DNA from: a virus
DNA length: 59,807 bases
IMG/VR virus record: IMGVR_UViG_3300045988_174840
Reading direction: 5' to 3' (one strand)
Shown: positions 16,220 through 27,000 of the stretch, piece after piece
Layout: each line of letters begins with the position of its first letter
How positions within the stretch are numbered: the stretch's first letter is position 1
The notes under the pieces: generated by a model
What the model was told of the DNA's origin: nothing
Database searches by the model: none
The model's input: the letters and a program-made list of their open reading frames with translations, nothing else
Position numbers and translations under genes: made by a program

Positions 16220-17248
16220 ATGGCTTTAAGTAGAAAAGATTTATTTACATTAGCTAAAACCGTAGCAAAAGCTAATCCTTCTTCTCAGGTTGCTTATTCT
16301 TTCGGTAATGAAAAATTTAGCTATTCAGATTTAAACGATACATTGAGAAACGAATTAAGAGAAATCGCGGGAACATACGCACTTTATCGCGAAAATAAGA
16401 ATACAATTTTTGCTCTTATGGAAGAGACTATTGACGATATTCTTCCAAAAAAAGTATTAGAGCAGTATGGTCAATTTGCTGAAATTAAGACATTTAGCCA
16501 GGGAGACAAACCTGTATTCACTCAGAGAATTACGGTTGCTTCAAAGAGACGTGCAAAACAATTTATTACAAAAGTTGGATTAGCAGGTATTTATGAAGTA
16601 TTCAAACTGGATGGTAAATCTTATGAAGTTCCTACAAGTGCTTTTGGTGGAGCTGCTCAGATTGGATTTGAAGAGTTCTTAGATGGACGTATAGATTTCG
16701 CAGATGTTCTTGACATTGTTATGGAAGGATTAGACGAAAGCGTTTATCTTGAAATTGAAAGAGCTTTGAAAGGTGCTGTAACTAATTTACAAGCTAATAA
16801 TAAAACCACCCAAGGTTCTTTTATAGAAGCTGAAATGGATAAATTGTTAGCTGTAGCAGATTCTTATGGACAAGCTACTATTTATTGTACGTATGAATTC
16901 GCAGCTACCATGGTACCTGCTGAAGGTTGGGTTTCAGACGCTATGAAAGACCAGAAATGGAATAATGGTTATTTAGCAAATTATAAAGGACATAGAGTAA
17001 TTGTTTTACCTCAGTCTTATGAAGATGAAACTAATAGTAAAAAAGTTATCGACCCATCTTATGCATGGATTATTCCTACTGGCGGAAATGATAAACCTGT
17101 AAAAATTGCTCTTGAAGGACAGACTATCGTTAGAGAAATTGAAAATGCTGATATGTCAAGAGAAATTCAGGTTTACAAGAAAATGGGTGTTGCTGCAATT
17201 ATTACTAATAATATTTGCGTATATAGAAACACTGGTTTGACTCAATAA
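16220..17248 (+). CDS. major capsid protein (candidate)
   Basis: 342 aa with a strong AAGGAGGA ribosome-binding site. A strong terminator follows immediately, as is typical for a high-copy structural gene. Confidence 0.55.
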   Translation: MALSRKDLFTLAKTVAKANPSSQVAYSFGNEKFSYSDLNDTLRNELREIAGTYALYRENKNTIFALMEETIDDILPKKVLEQYGQFAEIKTFSQGDKPVFTQRITVASKRRAKQFITKVGLAGIYEVFKLDGKSYEVPTSAFGGAAQIGFEEFLDGRIDFADVLDIVMEGLDESVYLEIERALKGAVTNLQANNKTTQGSFIEAEMDKLLAVADSYGQATIYCTYEFAATMVPAEGWVSDAMKDQKWNNGYLANYKGHRVIVLPQSYEDETNSKKVIDPSYAWIIPTGGNDKPVKIALEGQTIVREIENADMSREIQVYKKMGVAAIITNNICVYRNTGLTQ

Positions 17249-17255
17249 TTTAATA

Positions 17256-17290
17256 TGGGGAAGATATTATCTTCCCCAATATTTTTATAT
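17256..17290 (+). terminator. Rho-independent terminator after the capsid gene
   Basis: Hairpin TGGGGAAGATATTATCTTCCCCA followed by ATATTTTTATAT. Confidence 0.7.
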
Positions 17291-17315
17291 ATATTTAGAG
17301 ATAAAAGGAGAAAAT

Positions 17316-17885
17316 ATGTTAGAGAAAGATACTTTAATCAAAGTTATAAATAGAGATAATGGAACTGTTGGTTATACAATTCCTGACTTAGGAAATTTAC
17401 ATCGTAATTTTCAGCCAAGAGAAGAAAAAGAAGTTACTATGGACGAGTTGAGAAAGCTATCTTATTTACCAGGCGGAATAGTTATTTTAAAAGACTGTTT
17501 AATCATTAAAAACAAAGAGGCTTTAGAAGAATTACTTCCAGAAGTCGAGCCAGAATATTTTTATTCAGAAGAAGATATTAAAAAATTACTTTTAACAGGT
17601 TCATTAGATCAGCTTATGGATTGCTTAGACTTTGCTCCTATTGGTGTTATTGATTTAGTCAAAGAGTTAGCAGTTAAATTAAAAATTAATGACATTAGTA
17701 AGAGAGAAGCTATTTTTGAGAAGACTGGTTTTAATGTAAGCAAGGCTATTGAAATCAATAAAGAGACAGACGAAAATGAAATTCCTAAAGAAAAAATTAG
17801 AAGAGCTACTCCAGTTTCTTCAACATCAACTTCGACAGGAAGAAGAACAGCTCCGCCAAAATACAAAGTAACAGTTACAAAATAA
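17316..17885 (+). CDS. hypothetical head-tail connector-region protein (189 aa)
   Basis: Track ORF, placed by gene order. Confidence 0.4.
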   Translation: MLEKDTLIKVINRDNGTVGYTIPDLGNLHRNFQPREEKEVTMDELRKLSYLPGGIVILKDCLIIKNKEALEELLPEVEPEYFYSEEDIKKLLLTGSLDQLMDCLDFAPIGVIDLVKELAVKLKINDISKREAIFEKTGFNVSKAIEINKETDENEIPKEKIRRATPVSSTSTSTGRRTAPPKYKVTVTK

Positions 17886-17904
17886 AACATAAAGGGAGGC
17901 AATT

Positions 17905-18474
17905 ATGAATAATATTAATAAAACTCCTTTTTCTAAAGTTTATGATTGTTTTTTATCAACTAAGGTAACAGACGATATGTACTTAGAATTAACTGAATTA
18001 GAGACGTTTCGTATGTTGCAAGACCTCTTGCTTTCCGCAATGCATAAGTTTGAATTTCCGCGAGTTAATCTTTACGATTATGAAGAAGATTCTTTTGTAG
18101 ACGAATCTATTTATAAAGGAGTTGAAAGTAATAATATAGAAGTTAAAGCTTTTATTTATTCGGGTGGTTTTTTTAATAGTTTTTTAACTCAAGAGGAAAT
18201 CAATATTCTCGCGGTTTACATGGTTGTAGAGTGGATAGGATATCAGTTAGCTTCGATTGAGAATACTAGACTTAAATATAGCGGTTCAGATTTTAAATTT
18301 ACTTCTCAGGCAAATCATATGCATAAATTATTAGCAATTAAGAAAGATTATGAAAGAGAAGGATTTCATTTACAGAGATTGTATAAAAGAAGAAAAGCTG
18401 ATAAAAAAGGTATTGTGCGTTCAACCTTCAATATTATTATGGAACCAATAGAGGAGGAGCGTTATGATACTTAA
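17905..18474 (+). CDS. hypothetical head-tail connector-region protein (189 aa)
   Basis: Track ORF with a GGGAGG ribosome-binding site. Confidence 0.4.
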   Translation: MNNINKTPFSKVYDCFLSTKVTDDMYLELTELETFRMLQDLLLSAMHKFEFPRVNLYDYEEDSFVDESIYKGVESNNIEVKAFIYSGGFFNSFLTQEEINILAVYMVVEWIGYQLASIENTRLKYSGSDFKFTSQANHMHKLLAIKKDYEREGFHLQRLYKRRKADKKGIVRSTFNIIMEPIEEERYDT

Positions 18475-18769
18475 ATATGGTGCGGAAATAGATAAATCCG
18501 CTATTGATAAAAACTTAAATAGAATTACAAATCAAATCTATAAGTTATTGCCAAGTAGAGAAGAAAAAACAGATTGGCAAAAGCCATTAACTACTATTAT
18601 TGAAGAGCTTGCGGGAATGGATAGACTGTTATTTGACCAGCATGAAGTTCTGTTTCCGCTCTTGTGTAAATTAGAAGGATTATTCCTGCTATCAGAAGAT
18701 AAAGATTTTTTTCTTTATAGAAGGACTATCTTCGAATGTTTAGGATTGATAAATAATATAAAGATATGA
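18464..18769 (+). CDS. hypothetical small structural protein (101 aa)
   Basis: Track ORF overlapping its neighbours (translational coupling). Confidence 0.4.
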   Translation: MILKYGAEIDKSAIDKNLNRITNQIYKLLPSREEKTDWQKPLTTIIEELAGMDRLLFDQHEVLFPLLCKLEGLFLLSEDKDFFLYRRTIFECLGLINNIKI

Positions 18770-19725
18770 GTGGATTAGATAATTTAAAAACTAGACTTAA
18801 TTATTATGGCGGAAGTAAGGAACGAAGGCTTATTAATGATAAACTTAGATCATTAAAAAAAGCTATGTATTCTTATCAAGGTCAAACCGCGATTCTTGAA
18901 GACGGACGAGAGTTTAAATGCTTAATTAACCCAAATAAGTTAAATCCAGATTACGATAATAAAATACTTTCTATACCTTATAAAGATGTATGTTTAAATA
19001 AAGACAGATTAGGAAAAACTTCTGAAGCAGAAGAGGAGTTGGGGATAAAGTCTGGAGACATTATCTCTTGGAAAGAGACTAATACTAAATGGATTATTTA
19101 TTTACCTTTTTTAGAAGAAGTTGCTTATTTTAGAGCGGAGATTAGAAAGTGCGAGGCTCAAGCTGAATTAAACGGGAAGAAATATTGGATTTATATTAGA
19201 GGTCCGGTAGAAACTACTATTCAATGGAATAAAAAGAATAATACAGTTTGGAATGACTTAAATAACACCTTAGTTTTTTATATTACTAAGAATGAGGAAA
19301 CTTTAGATTTTTTTCATAGATTTAAGTTATTGAAAATAGAAGGACAAACTTGGGAAGTCCAAGACACGAATATCTTTTATGGGGAAGGTATTATTAAAGT
19401 TACTGTAAAAGAATATTATGAGAATCCGCTTCAAGATTATTATGAAGAAAGAGAAAAAGAAAAAAAAGAAGATTCAACAACAGAATCTGATATAGTAGGA
19501 GATGTTGAAGTATATCCATATGATATAAAAGAATATTCTTTAAAAGGAGATTTTAAAGAAGGTACTTGGAGCATAAATAATAATAAAGCGAAAATTATAG
19601 AAATAAAAAATAATTCTGCTATTGTAGAGGTAGTAACTGGAAAAAGTGGAGAATTTATTTTAACTTACAGTGAAAAAGATCAAGGAAAGGTTTTAACTTT
19701 AAAAGTAAAAATCAATTCTTTGTAA
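18766..19725 (+). CDS. hypothetical structural protein (319 aa)
   Basis: Track ORF. Confidence 0.4.
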   Translation: MSGLDNLKTRLNYYGGSKERRLINDKLRSLKKAMYSYQGQTAILEDGREFKCLINPNKLNPDYDNKILSIPYKDVCLNKDRLGKTSEAEEELGIKSGDIISWKETNTKWIIYLPFLEEVAYFRAEIRKCEAQAELNGKKYWIYIRGPVETTIQWNKKNNTVWNDLNNTLVFYITKNEETLDFFHRFKLLKIEGQTWEVQDTNIFYGEGIIKVTVKEYYENPLQDYYEEREKEKKEDSTTESDIVGDVEVYPYDIKEYSLKGDFKEGTWSINNNKAKIIEIKNNSAIVEVVTGKSGEFILTYSEKDQGKVLTLKVKINSL

Positions 19726-19752
19726 GATGTGAATAGAGATAAAAGGAGTAAT

Positions 19753-20337
19753 ATGAAAAGAAATTTAGCCGTAACGAATATTCAATCATCTTTTCTCTCT
19801 TGTGAAAAAGATACTGAAAGAATATTAAAAAAACTTTTTGTTGAAAGTAAACCTTATAGTGACGATCTAAAAAGACTTTTGGTAATAAATACTAAAGACT
19901 GTTTAGATAATAAAGAAGATGAACAGTATAAAAAAAAATTAACTGAAATGACTCTTGGAAAAATGATTGAGCAGGGTTATGTTAAATTAAAACCTAAGCT
20001 TAGACTTCCTGAACATGAAGAAATTAAATCTTATATAATTGTTTCTTATGATAATTTTACACCCAATAGAACAAATCCAGAATTTAGAGATTGTACGATT
20101 AATTTTGACGTATTATGTCATACTGATTATTGGGATATAGGAAACTATAGAGTGAGACCGCTTAAAATTTGTGGTTATATAGATGGGCTTTTGAATAATA
20201 CAAAATTAACAGGAATTGGAGAATTGCAGTTGGCAAGATGTAATGAATTACTTTTAGATGAAGACTTAAGCGGATATAGTTTAACTTATAAAGCAATTCA
20301 TGGCAGTGATGATAAGATTCCTTCTGAGGAAGAATAA
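19753..20337 (+). CDS. hypothetical structural protein (~194 aa)
   Basis: The first ATG of track ORF 19729..20337 lies inside the AAAAGGAG ribosome-binding site. The likely start is MKRNLAV at 19753. Confidence 0.4.
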   Translation: MKRNLAVTNIQSSFLSCEKDTERILKKLFVESKPYSDDLKRLLVINTKDCLDNKEDEQYKKKLTEMTLGKMIEQGYVKLKPKLRLPEHEEIKSYIIVSYDNFTPNRTNPEFRDCTINFDVLCHTDYWDIGNYRVRPLKICGYIDGLLNNTKLTGIGELQLARCNELLLDEDLSGYSLTYKAIHGSDDKIPSEEE

Positions 20338-21080
20338 TGAATAATGATTTACTTTTATTGTCTGGTAATGATATTGCTTTTACAGAAGCTCAACTCACTG
20401 TACATCAACCTATTATTAAAGAAATTGCTTATATTGGAGAAGAAACTTTTTTTATGGGATGCGAATTTCTAAATTTTTCAAAAGATAATTTAAGTAAAGA
20501 GGACAAAGTTAATTTAAGAAATAAAACTAATTTTGAAATATTAATGTCAATAATGAAAAGCAAAAATGTTATTGCCCAACAGAATAAAAACTGTGCTTTA
20601 TTAGTGCTAATGTTATTATTCCCAGAATATAGTTTATCATTAGATATGTTTATGGAACAAATTGTTCTAAAAAAAGATGGGAAAGAATATTTTATCAATA
20701 ATAAAAATTATGAAGCATTTAAAAGTATTCTAATTTCTGTCTTTTGTTTAGATAAAAACAAAGATGATGTATCTTCATATAATCCTGGTAATGATTCAGC
20801 TAGAAAAATCGCGGAAAAGCTGAAAAAAGGTCGAGCTAAAGTTGCATCTTTAAAAGGTGATTCTCAAAAAATTTCTATTTTAGAAAGATATATTTCTATC
20901 TTAGCTGTTGGAGAAAATAAAGATATAAATTCTTTAATGCAATATACTGTTTATCAATTATTTGACGAGTTTCAGCGGTTTGAATTAAAACAAAGCTATG
21001 ATATATATTTTAAAGCTAAATTAGCTGGAGCTAAAGATTTGGATGAAGTAGAAAATTGGATGAAAAATATCCATCCATAA
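20337..21080 (+). CDS. hypothetical structural protein (247 aa)
   Basis: Track ORF. Confidence 0.4.
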   Translation: MNNDLLLLSGNDIAFTEAQLTVHQPIIKEIAYIGEETFFMGCEFLNFSKDNLSKEDKVNLRNKTNFEILMSIMKSKNVIAQQNKNCALLVLMLLFPEYSLSLDMFMEQIVLKKDGKEYFINNKNYEAFKSILISVFCLDKNKDDVSSYNPGNDSARKIAEKLKKGRAKVASLKGDSQKISILERYISILAVGENKDINSLMQYTVYQLFDEFQRFELKQSYDIYFKAKLAGAKDLDEVENWMKNIHP

Positions 21081-21163
21081 TATTACTTTATGTATAAAGA
21101 TAACTTAAAAAAGTTATTTTTAAAAGATAAATTAAGAATTTTATATAAGGAGGATAATGCGTT

Positions 21164-22108
21164 ATGAAGTTTGGCGTTAGAGAGATTTGTGATGTAGTGT
21201 TTAAAGCGAAAGCAAATGTCACTATTGGTAATACTAAATTCGTCAAAGGTCAGCCTGTACTTTATATAGATACAGCAAAAACTTCTACCTTAGAAGGTGC
21301 TGCAACCACAGTCTATGCACAGGGTGGAAAAGGAAACACTAGACTGATCGCATGGGAAGGTGAAAAGACTTTAACTTTTACAGTTGAAGATGCTCTATTA
21401 TCACCTATTGGTTTTGCTGTACTTTCTGGAGCAGGCTTAGTTAAAGCTGATAGTAAGAATTTAGTCCATGTTCATATGACAACTGATGTAATCGCGGGAG
21501 CAGAAGGTGTTTGTGAAATCACTTATGAAGCTTTTGATGATGAAACAACAACAATCTGTAATACAACAGATGTTCCTGTATTTGGTACTGTTTTAGATGG
21601 TTCTGGCTCAGGCATTAAATTCTTAGGAGCAGGTACATTTGAAGCAGCAACCGCAACGGTAAATGTAAAATCTACTACTATAGAAAATGCTATTGAAGTA
21701 TCAAACGGAAAAACTTGTCAGATTAAATTTACAGGTGCGGTTGAAGGTCAGGTAGTAAGAATTGATTATTACATCATTAAATCTGCAGGTGCTCAGACCA
21801 TTACTATTGATGCTGAAAACTTTGCTGGTTACTACTATGTAGAAGCTAGTACATTATTTAGACGTCAGGATACTGGAGTAGATATGCCTGCTGAATTAGT
21901 TATTCCGAATGTAAAAATTCAGTCTAACTTTACATTCACTATGGCTGCTACCGGAGATCCATCTACATTTACTTTTACGATGGATGCCTTCCCAGGATAT
22001 ACAATGTTTGATAGAACAAAGAAAGTCCTTTGTGCAATTCAAATTATTGGCACTGACGCAGTAGATGGTGTTGAAGATACAGGTCATACAAACCATCAAA
22101 AAGGTTGA
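21164..22108 (+). CDS. major tail (tube) protein (candidate)
   Basis: 314 aa, T/G/A/V-rich with a beta-rich composition. AAGGAGG ribosome-binding site. A strong terminator follows and it lies upstream of the tape-measure region. Confidence 0.5.
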   Translation: MKFGVREICDVVFKAKANVTIGNTKFVKGQPVLYIDTAKTSTLEGAATTVYAQGGKGNTRLIAWEGEKTLTFTVEDALLSPIGFAVLSGAGLVKADSKNLVHVHMTTDVIAGAEGVCEITYEAFDDETTTICNTTDVPVFGTVLDGSGSGIKFLGAGTFEAATATVNVKSTTIENAIEVSNGKTCQIKFTGAVEGQVVRIDYYIIKSAGAQTITIDAENFAGYYYVEASTLFRRQDTGVDMPAELVIPNVKIQSNFTFTMAATGDPSTFTFTMDAFPGYTMFDRTKKVLCAIQIIGTDAVDGVEDTGHTNHQKG

Positions 22109-22114
22109 TAATTA

Positions 22115-22150
22115 AATAGGAGAGTTTAATAACTCTCCTATTTTTTTTAT
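22115..22150 (+). terminator. Rho-independent terminator after the major tail gene
   Basis: Hairpin AATAGGAGAGTTTAATAACTCTCCTATT followed by TTTTTTTATTT. Confidence 0.7.
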
Positions 22151-22168
22151 TTATGGAGGAAGTGTAAT

Positions 22169-23356
22169 ATGGCAAAAACTAAAATGGATGTTAATGAGAA
22201 AGATATTGATAAAATGGAAGATACTGTTTTAGATGCTATGGACGAACCTGTTAAAGAAGTTGTTAAAGGCAATTTAAAAAAAATGAGAGAGGAAGCTCTA
22301 GCCTATTTAAATAAATTAAAAGAACTAAAAAAAGATATTGAAGATATAGAAGATAGGATTAAAAAGTTAAAAGAATTTAGACATCAATATTCTAATAAAG
22401 TAAAAGTTCCAGGTAGAAAAAAAGCAGTGTCAGAATATGAATTAATGGATGAGTATGTGCATGCAAGAGCGGAAAAGAATAGACTTTTAGCTGGAGATAT
22501 TCCTAAACAACTTTATGAAAGTAGTTTTAAGTTTCAAAAAGCTTTGAATGAATTTTTAGGTCAAAAAGTAACAATGGTTTATGTATATAGATATAAAAAT
22601 CAAGCACCTGTTTTATATGAAATACTGAATGAAGATATATTAAAATTTGGAGATGCTTCAAAGTCTGGATTTACAGCTAGATATAAGGCAACTCAAAAAC
22701 AAATAGAAAATATGTTAGAAAGTAAGGCTATTCAGCAGTTAGAAACAGGGAATGATTTTAATTTCAATCTTAATAACTTAAATCAAACATATGATGAAGT
22801 TATGTTTAGATTTAGAAAAAGTAAAAAAGTAACAGGTGGTCATTATATTATACTATGGCAAAATCCATTAAAGACTTGGCATCAGGCTTTTATATCTTCA
22901 GAAGGTGATATTAATGAAGCTTATGCTTCTATTGTTTTGGCGAATAGACAAGAGCCTAGCTTTGAAATAACCGAAAGCAATATTCTGTTACAATTAGAAC
23001 TTTTTGTAAAGGACTTTATTGACGAAGTTTTAAAAGTAGATAGTTTACCTGGGGCATTAGAAGGAGATTTAGAGATGGGAGAAATTGAATATGGAATTAA
23101 ATCTGCTGGTGCTTCAGCATTAGGGTTGCAACAATTAGCAGATTTAGCCAAAAGTATTGTAGAAGATGAAAATTATAGTGAAGAAGAATTATTAAAGAAG
23201 AAAAAAGAATTTAAAGAGAACAAACAGACAAGAAATAAACTTTTAGAATCATTAGAAGATCAAGTTGATAAGAGTATAAAAGAAGCAATAATAGATGCGT
23301 ACCAGATGGGCGGAAAAAGAGCTTTAAACAGAGCAAAAAAATTAACTAAAAATTAA
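22169..23356 (+). CDS. coiled-coil K/E-rich hypothetical protein (395 aa)
   Basis: Track ORF with a GGAGG ribosome-binding site. Confidence 0.4.
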   Translation: MAKTKMDVNEKDIDKMEDTVLDAMDEPVKEVVKGNLKKMREEALAYLNKLKELKKDIEDIEDRIKKLKEFRHQYSNKVKVPGRKKAVSEYELMDEYVHARAEKNRLLAGDIPKQLYESSFKFQKALNEFLGQKVTMVYVYRYKNQAPVLYEILNEDILKFGDASKSGFTARYKATQKQIENMLESKAIQQLETGNDFNFNLNNLNQTYDEVMFRFRKSKKVTGGHYIILWQNPLKTWHQAFISSEGDINEAYASIVLANRQEPSFEITESNILLQLELFVKDFIDEVLKVDSLPGALEGDLEMGEIEYGIKSAGASALGLQQLADLAKSIVEDENYSEEELLKKKKEFKENKQTRNKLLESLEDQVDKSIKEAIIDAYQMGGKRALNRAKKLTKN

Positions 23357-23357
23357 C

Positions 23358-23386
23358 TTGACAAAAGAAAAATTTTATAGTATAAT
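23358..23386 (+). promoter_or_regulatory. internal consensus promoter (TTGACA-17-TATAAT) ahead of the chaperone-like and tape-measure genes
   Basis: CTTGACAAAAGAAAAATTTTATAGTATAAT. Confidence 0.55.
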
Positions 23387-23423
23387 ATTCTTATAAGATG
23401 AGACAAAAGGAGAAATAAATAAA

Positions 23424-23957
23424 ATGAAAGTAAGTTATGCAAATTTAAAATTAAAAACTAAAGATGAAATTAAAACTTTTAATTTTAATAATACAGAAAT
23501 AGAAGTTAAACAATATTTACCTATTGAAGATAAATATGATTTAGTTATGATTACTTTACAAAAAGCAGAAGAAAATGGTATTTATAATGCTTTAAAATTA
23601 GATATGTATTTTCATCTACATTTAGTTTATATGTATACCAATTTAAGTTTTACAGAGAAACAAAAAGAAAATGAAATGAAAATTTATGATACTTTAGAGA
23701 GTAATGGTTTTATTGATAAAATGATTGAAATTATTCCTGAAGAAGAATATAATGCTTTATTTACTTTTATGGATGAAATAATGCTTAATACTTTAAATTA
23801 TACCAATACTGCGGGAGCTGTTATTCAAAGTATTATAAATGATTTACCTAAAAACGCAAAGATTGCTAAAGATATAGTTGATTCTTTTGATAAAGAAAAA
23901 TATCAAGAGGTAATTGAATTTGCGAAAGCGGCTAATGGAAATCGTCCGATTGGGTAG
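23424..23957 (+). CDS. tail assembly chaperone-like protein (177 aa, directly upstream of the tape-measure gene)
   Basis: Position and size only. No overlapping -1 frameshift ORF was seen. An attenuator-like hairpin plus T-run lies at ~23975-24010. Confidence 0.35.
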   Translation: MKVSYANLKLKTKDEIKTFNFNNTEIEVKQYLPIEDKYDLVMITLQKAEENGIYNALKLDMYFHLHLVYMYTNLSFTEKQKENEMKIYDTLESNGFIDKMIEIIPEEEYNALFTFMDEIMLNTLNYTNTAGAVIQSIINDLPKNAKIAKDIVDSFDKEKYQEVIEFAKAANGNRPIG

Positions 23958-24040
23958 AATAAATTAATAAAAATGCCTTTATTATCATATTATGGTAGTA
24001 AAGGTATTTTTTTATGCGTAATTTTAGGAGGTAAAAGGAT

Positions 24041-27000
24041 ATGGCGGCTACAAATCGTATTGATTTTACAGTTGGCTTTAATACAGATCAAAGCGGTTTA
24101 TCAAGTATTAAGAAGGCATTAGAAGAAATTCAAAAAATGACTTCTGGTGATTTGATGAGCTTAAATAAAGGAATGGATTTAAGTGAAGCCAATAGCAGAT
24201 TATCTCAAATAAAAGAATCTGCTAGCCAAGTTCAAAAAGCGTTAGAAAAAGCTTTTAACGCGGATTTAGGAACATTAAATGTATCTAAATTTAACAATGA
24301 ATTAAAAAATTTAGATATAAATAAAATTTACAATGATTTTAATAGTGCGGGTTCGGCAGGACAAACCGCTTTTAAAAATATGACAACTCAGATTTTAACT
24401 ACTAATATGCAGTTAAAACAAACTCATAGCTTCTTAGAGAATATGGCTACAACTCTATCCAATACTATTAAATGGAATATTGCATCTGGAGCCATGAATG
24501 CATTAACTAATAACGTTCAACAAGCAGTTAATTATGTTGAAAAATTAGATACTTCATTAAATAATATTAGAATTGTAACTGGCAAATCTGCGGAAGAAAT
24601 GCGTGATTTCGCGGAATCTGCGAGTCAAACCGCTCAAGAGCTATCCGCGAGTACAAGAGATATAACTGAAGGAGCTTTAATTTATTATCAACAGGGTGAT
24701 ACAGATGAAGATGCTCTTGCTAAAGCTGAGATTACTCAGAAAACCGCGAATGTATCTCAGATTAGCTCAGAACAGGCTGCGGAATATTTAACTGCGGTTT
24801 GGAATGGTTATAAAGTAGCTAATGAAGCTGCGGCTGAAGGAATGGACGTTTATGAAAAATATGTAGACAAGTTAGCGGCTGTAGCAGCTACAACTGCGTC
24901 AGACTTAGCTGAATCTTCTATGGCTATTTCTAAAGTAGCTTCCGCAGCAAGTTCTATGGGCGTTGATTTTGACCAATTAAATGCTCAGATTGCGACTATT
25001 ATTTCTGTTACCCGCCAAGCACCAGAATCAGTAGGTACAGCCCTAAAGACAATTTATGCTCGTATGGGTGATCTAGCTGTTGATGGTGTTGATGAATTTG
25101 GAGTTTCTCTTGGTGAAGTTTCTGGAAAGATGAAAACAATGGGCATTGACATCTTAGATGAGAATGGTCATCTAAAAGAGATGGGAAATGTTATTGAAGA
25201 AGTAGCAGGTAAGTGGAGTACTTGGACAGACGAACAAAGACAAGCGGCAGCAGTTGCAATCGCAGGTAAGAGACAGTATAATAACTTAATTGCTTTATTT
25301 GATAACTGGGATATGTATACTGATGCTTTAGATACTTCTAAAAATGCATTGGGAACTCTTGAAGAACAACAGGACATCTATTCTGAAAGAACAGAAGCTC
25401 ATATCCAAAGAATGAGAACTACTTTCGAGGATTTATATGATTCTTTATTAAAGCCAGAAGCCATTAATAAAGTTGTCGACGGAATTACTTTTGTTGTAGA
25501 TAAAATTGCAACATTAGTTGACAATATCGGCGGTGGCAAGACTGTTCTTGCTGAGCTAGGATCTTTAGGTGTAAGAGTATTTAGTAAACAAATCGCTGGT
25601 GGTATTTCTACAACTATAGCTAATTTTAAAAATGTAAAATCTAATGCTGAACAACTTAATGCTCAATTAGAGATTTTACAACAGTATAAAGGATTATCTG
25701 CGTTAGATGAAGATACTAAAGAATTAGTAAATATGAAGCAAGAGATTGTGGATTTAGGATCTGTTGCTACTACTGAACAACAGAACATTGCTAACGGTTT
25801 TATTGAACAAATAAATGCTTTGCAAAATCAAAAGAAACAGTTAGAAGAGAATGAGGAAGCTGCAAAAAATCTTTATAAGGCTTTAACTAATGAAGAATTA
25901 GACTTAGATAGCCTTAGAGGAAAGGGCGAAGAAGCAGAAAAAACAGATACATATAAAGAAGTTCAGAAGCAAGTAGCTGAGACTCAGAAGCAGTATAAAA
26001 GTTTGAATAAAGAAGCTTCTAATTATGCTGGGGCTTTGACTTTAGCTACTTTTAATCAAAGACAAGCTTCTAAAGATAGTTCAAAGCAAGAAGAGGCAAT
26101 TAAATCTTATGAAGCTTTAACTATCGCTGTAAAAAAATATAATGATGAAGTAAAAAAAATAGTTTCTTCAAGTCCAGAAGTCGCAAGTGCTTATGAAAAT
26201 TTTAATAAGAAATTAAAAGAGTATAGTGAACTCACAGGAAATGCTGAAAAATCGGTAGGAGAATTAATTGCGACTTACCCAGAATTAAGCAAAGCTTTCA
26301 AAGAGGTAACAGAAGTAAGTAAAGATTATGCTAGCCAAGCGGCAAGTGATGCACAGAAGGTCATGAAAACTGCACAAGATGTCGCTGCAGGGATAGGGGA
26401 AAAAGTAAAAGAAAAATTAGATGAGTCTCGCTCTGCATGGAAAAGCTTTATAGATGATGTAAGAAATACTGCGGTTATTCAATCAGCCCTAGACATTGCG
26501 GGTTCTATTGGAGAAATAGGTTCTTCTATAGTTAGTTTAAAAGGAATATGGGATGTTTTTTCAGATGATTCTTTATCTATAACAGAAAAATTAGGACAAT
26601 CATTTACTGTTTTGCTTTCTACTTTACCACTTCTCATAGATGGGATTCAAGGACTTCGAGCAGGTCTTATAACTTTGGCTCAAAATGCAATTCCAGCTTT
26701 AGCTGGCTCTTCTTTGACTGCGTGGGAAGCGATTGGAGCATTATTTTCAGCCTCTTGGATTGGTTGGGCTGCGGCGGCAGTAGGTGCGATTGCACTAGTA
26801 GTATTCGCTATAGATCATTTTACGGTAAGTGCAAAAGAGGCAAAAGAAGCTTTAGAGAGTCAATTTGAAGAGTATGAAAAAGCTCAACAGGAAGTAGATG
26901 AATTAAATTCTAAGTTAGAAACAACACAAGAAAGATTAAAAGAATTATATCAAATTTCTCCAGATGAGCTTACTCTTGCACAAAAAGAGGAACTAAAAAC

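Noticed and set aside
23424-24041. Programmed -1 frameshift (G/GT-type) between the chaperone-like gene and the tape-measure gene
   Set aside because: No overlapping downstream ORF in the -1 frame was found. The gap contains only a hairpin plus T-run attenuator.
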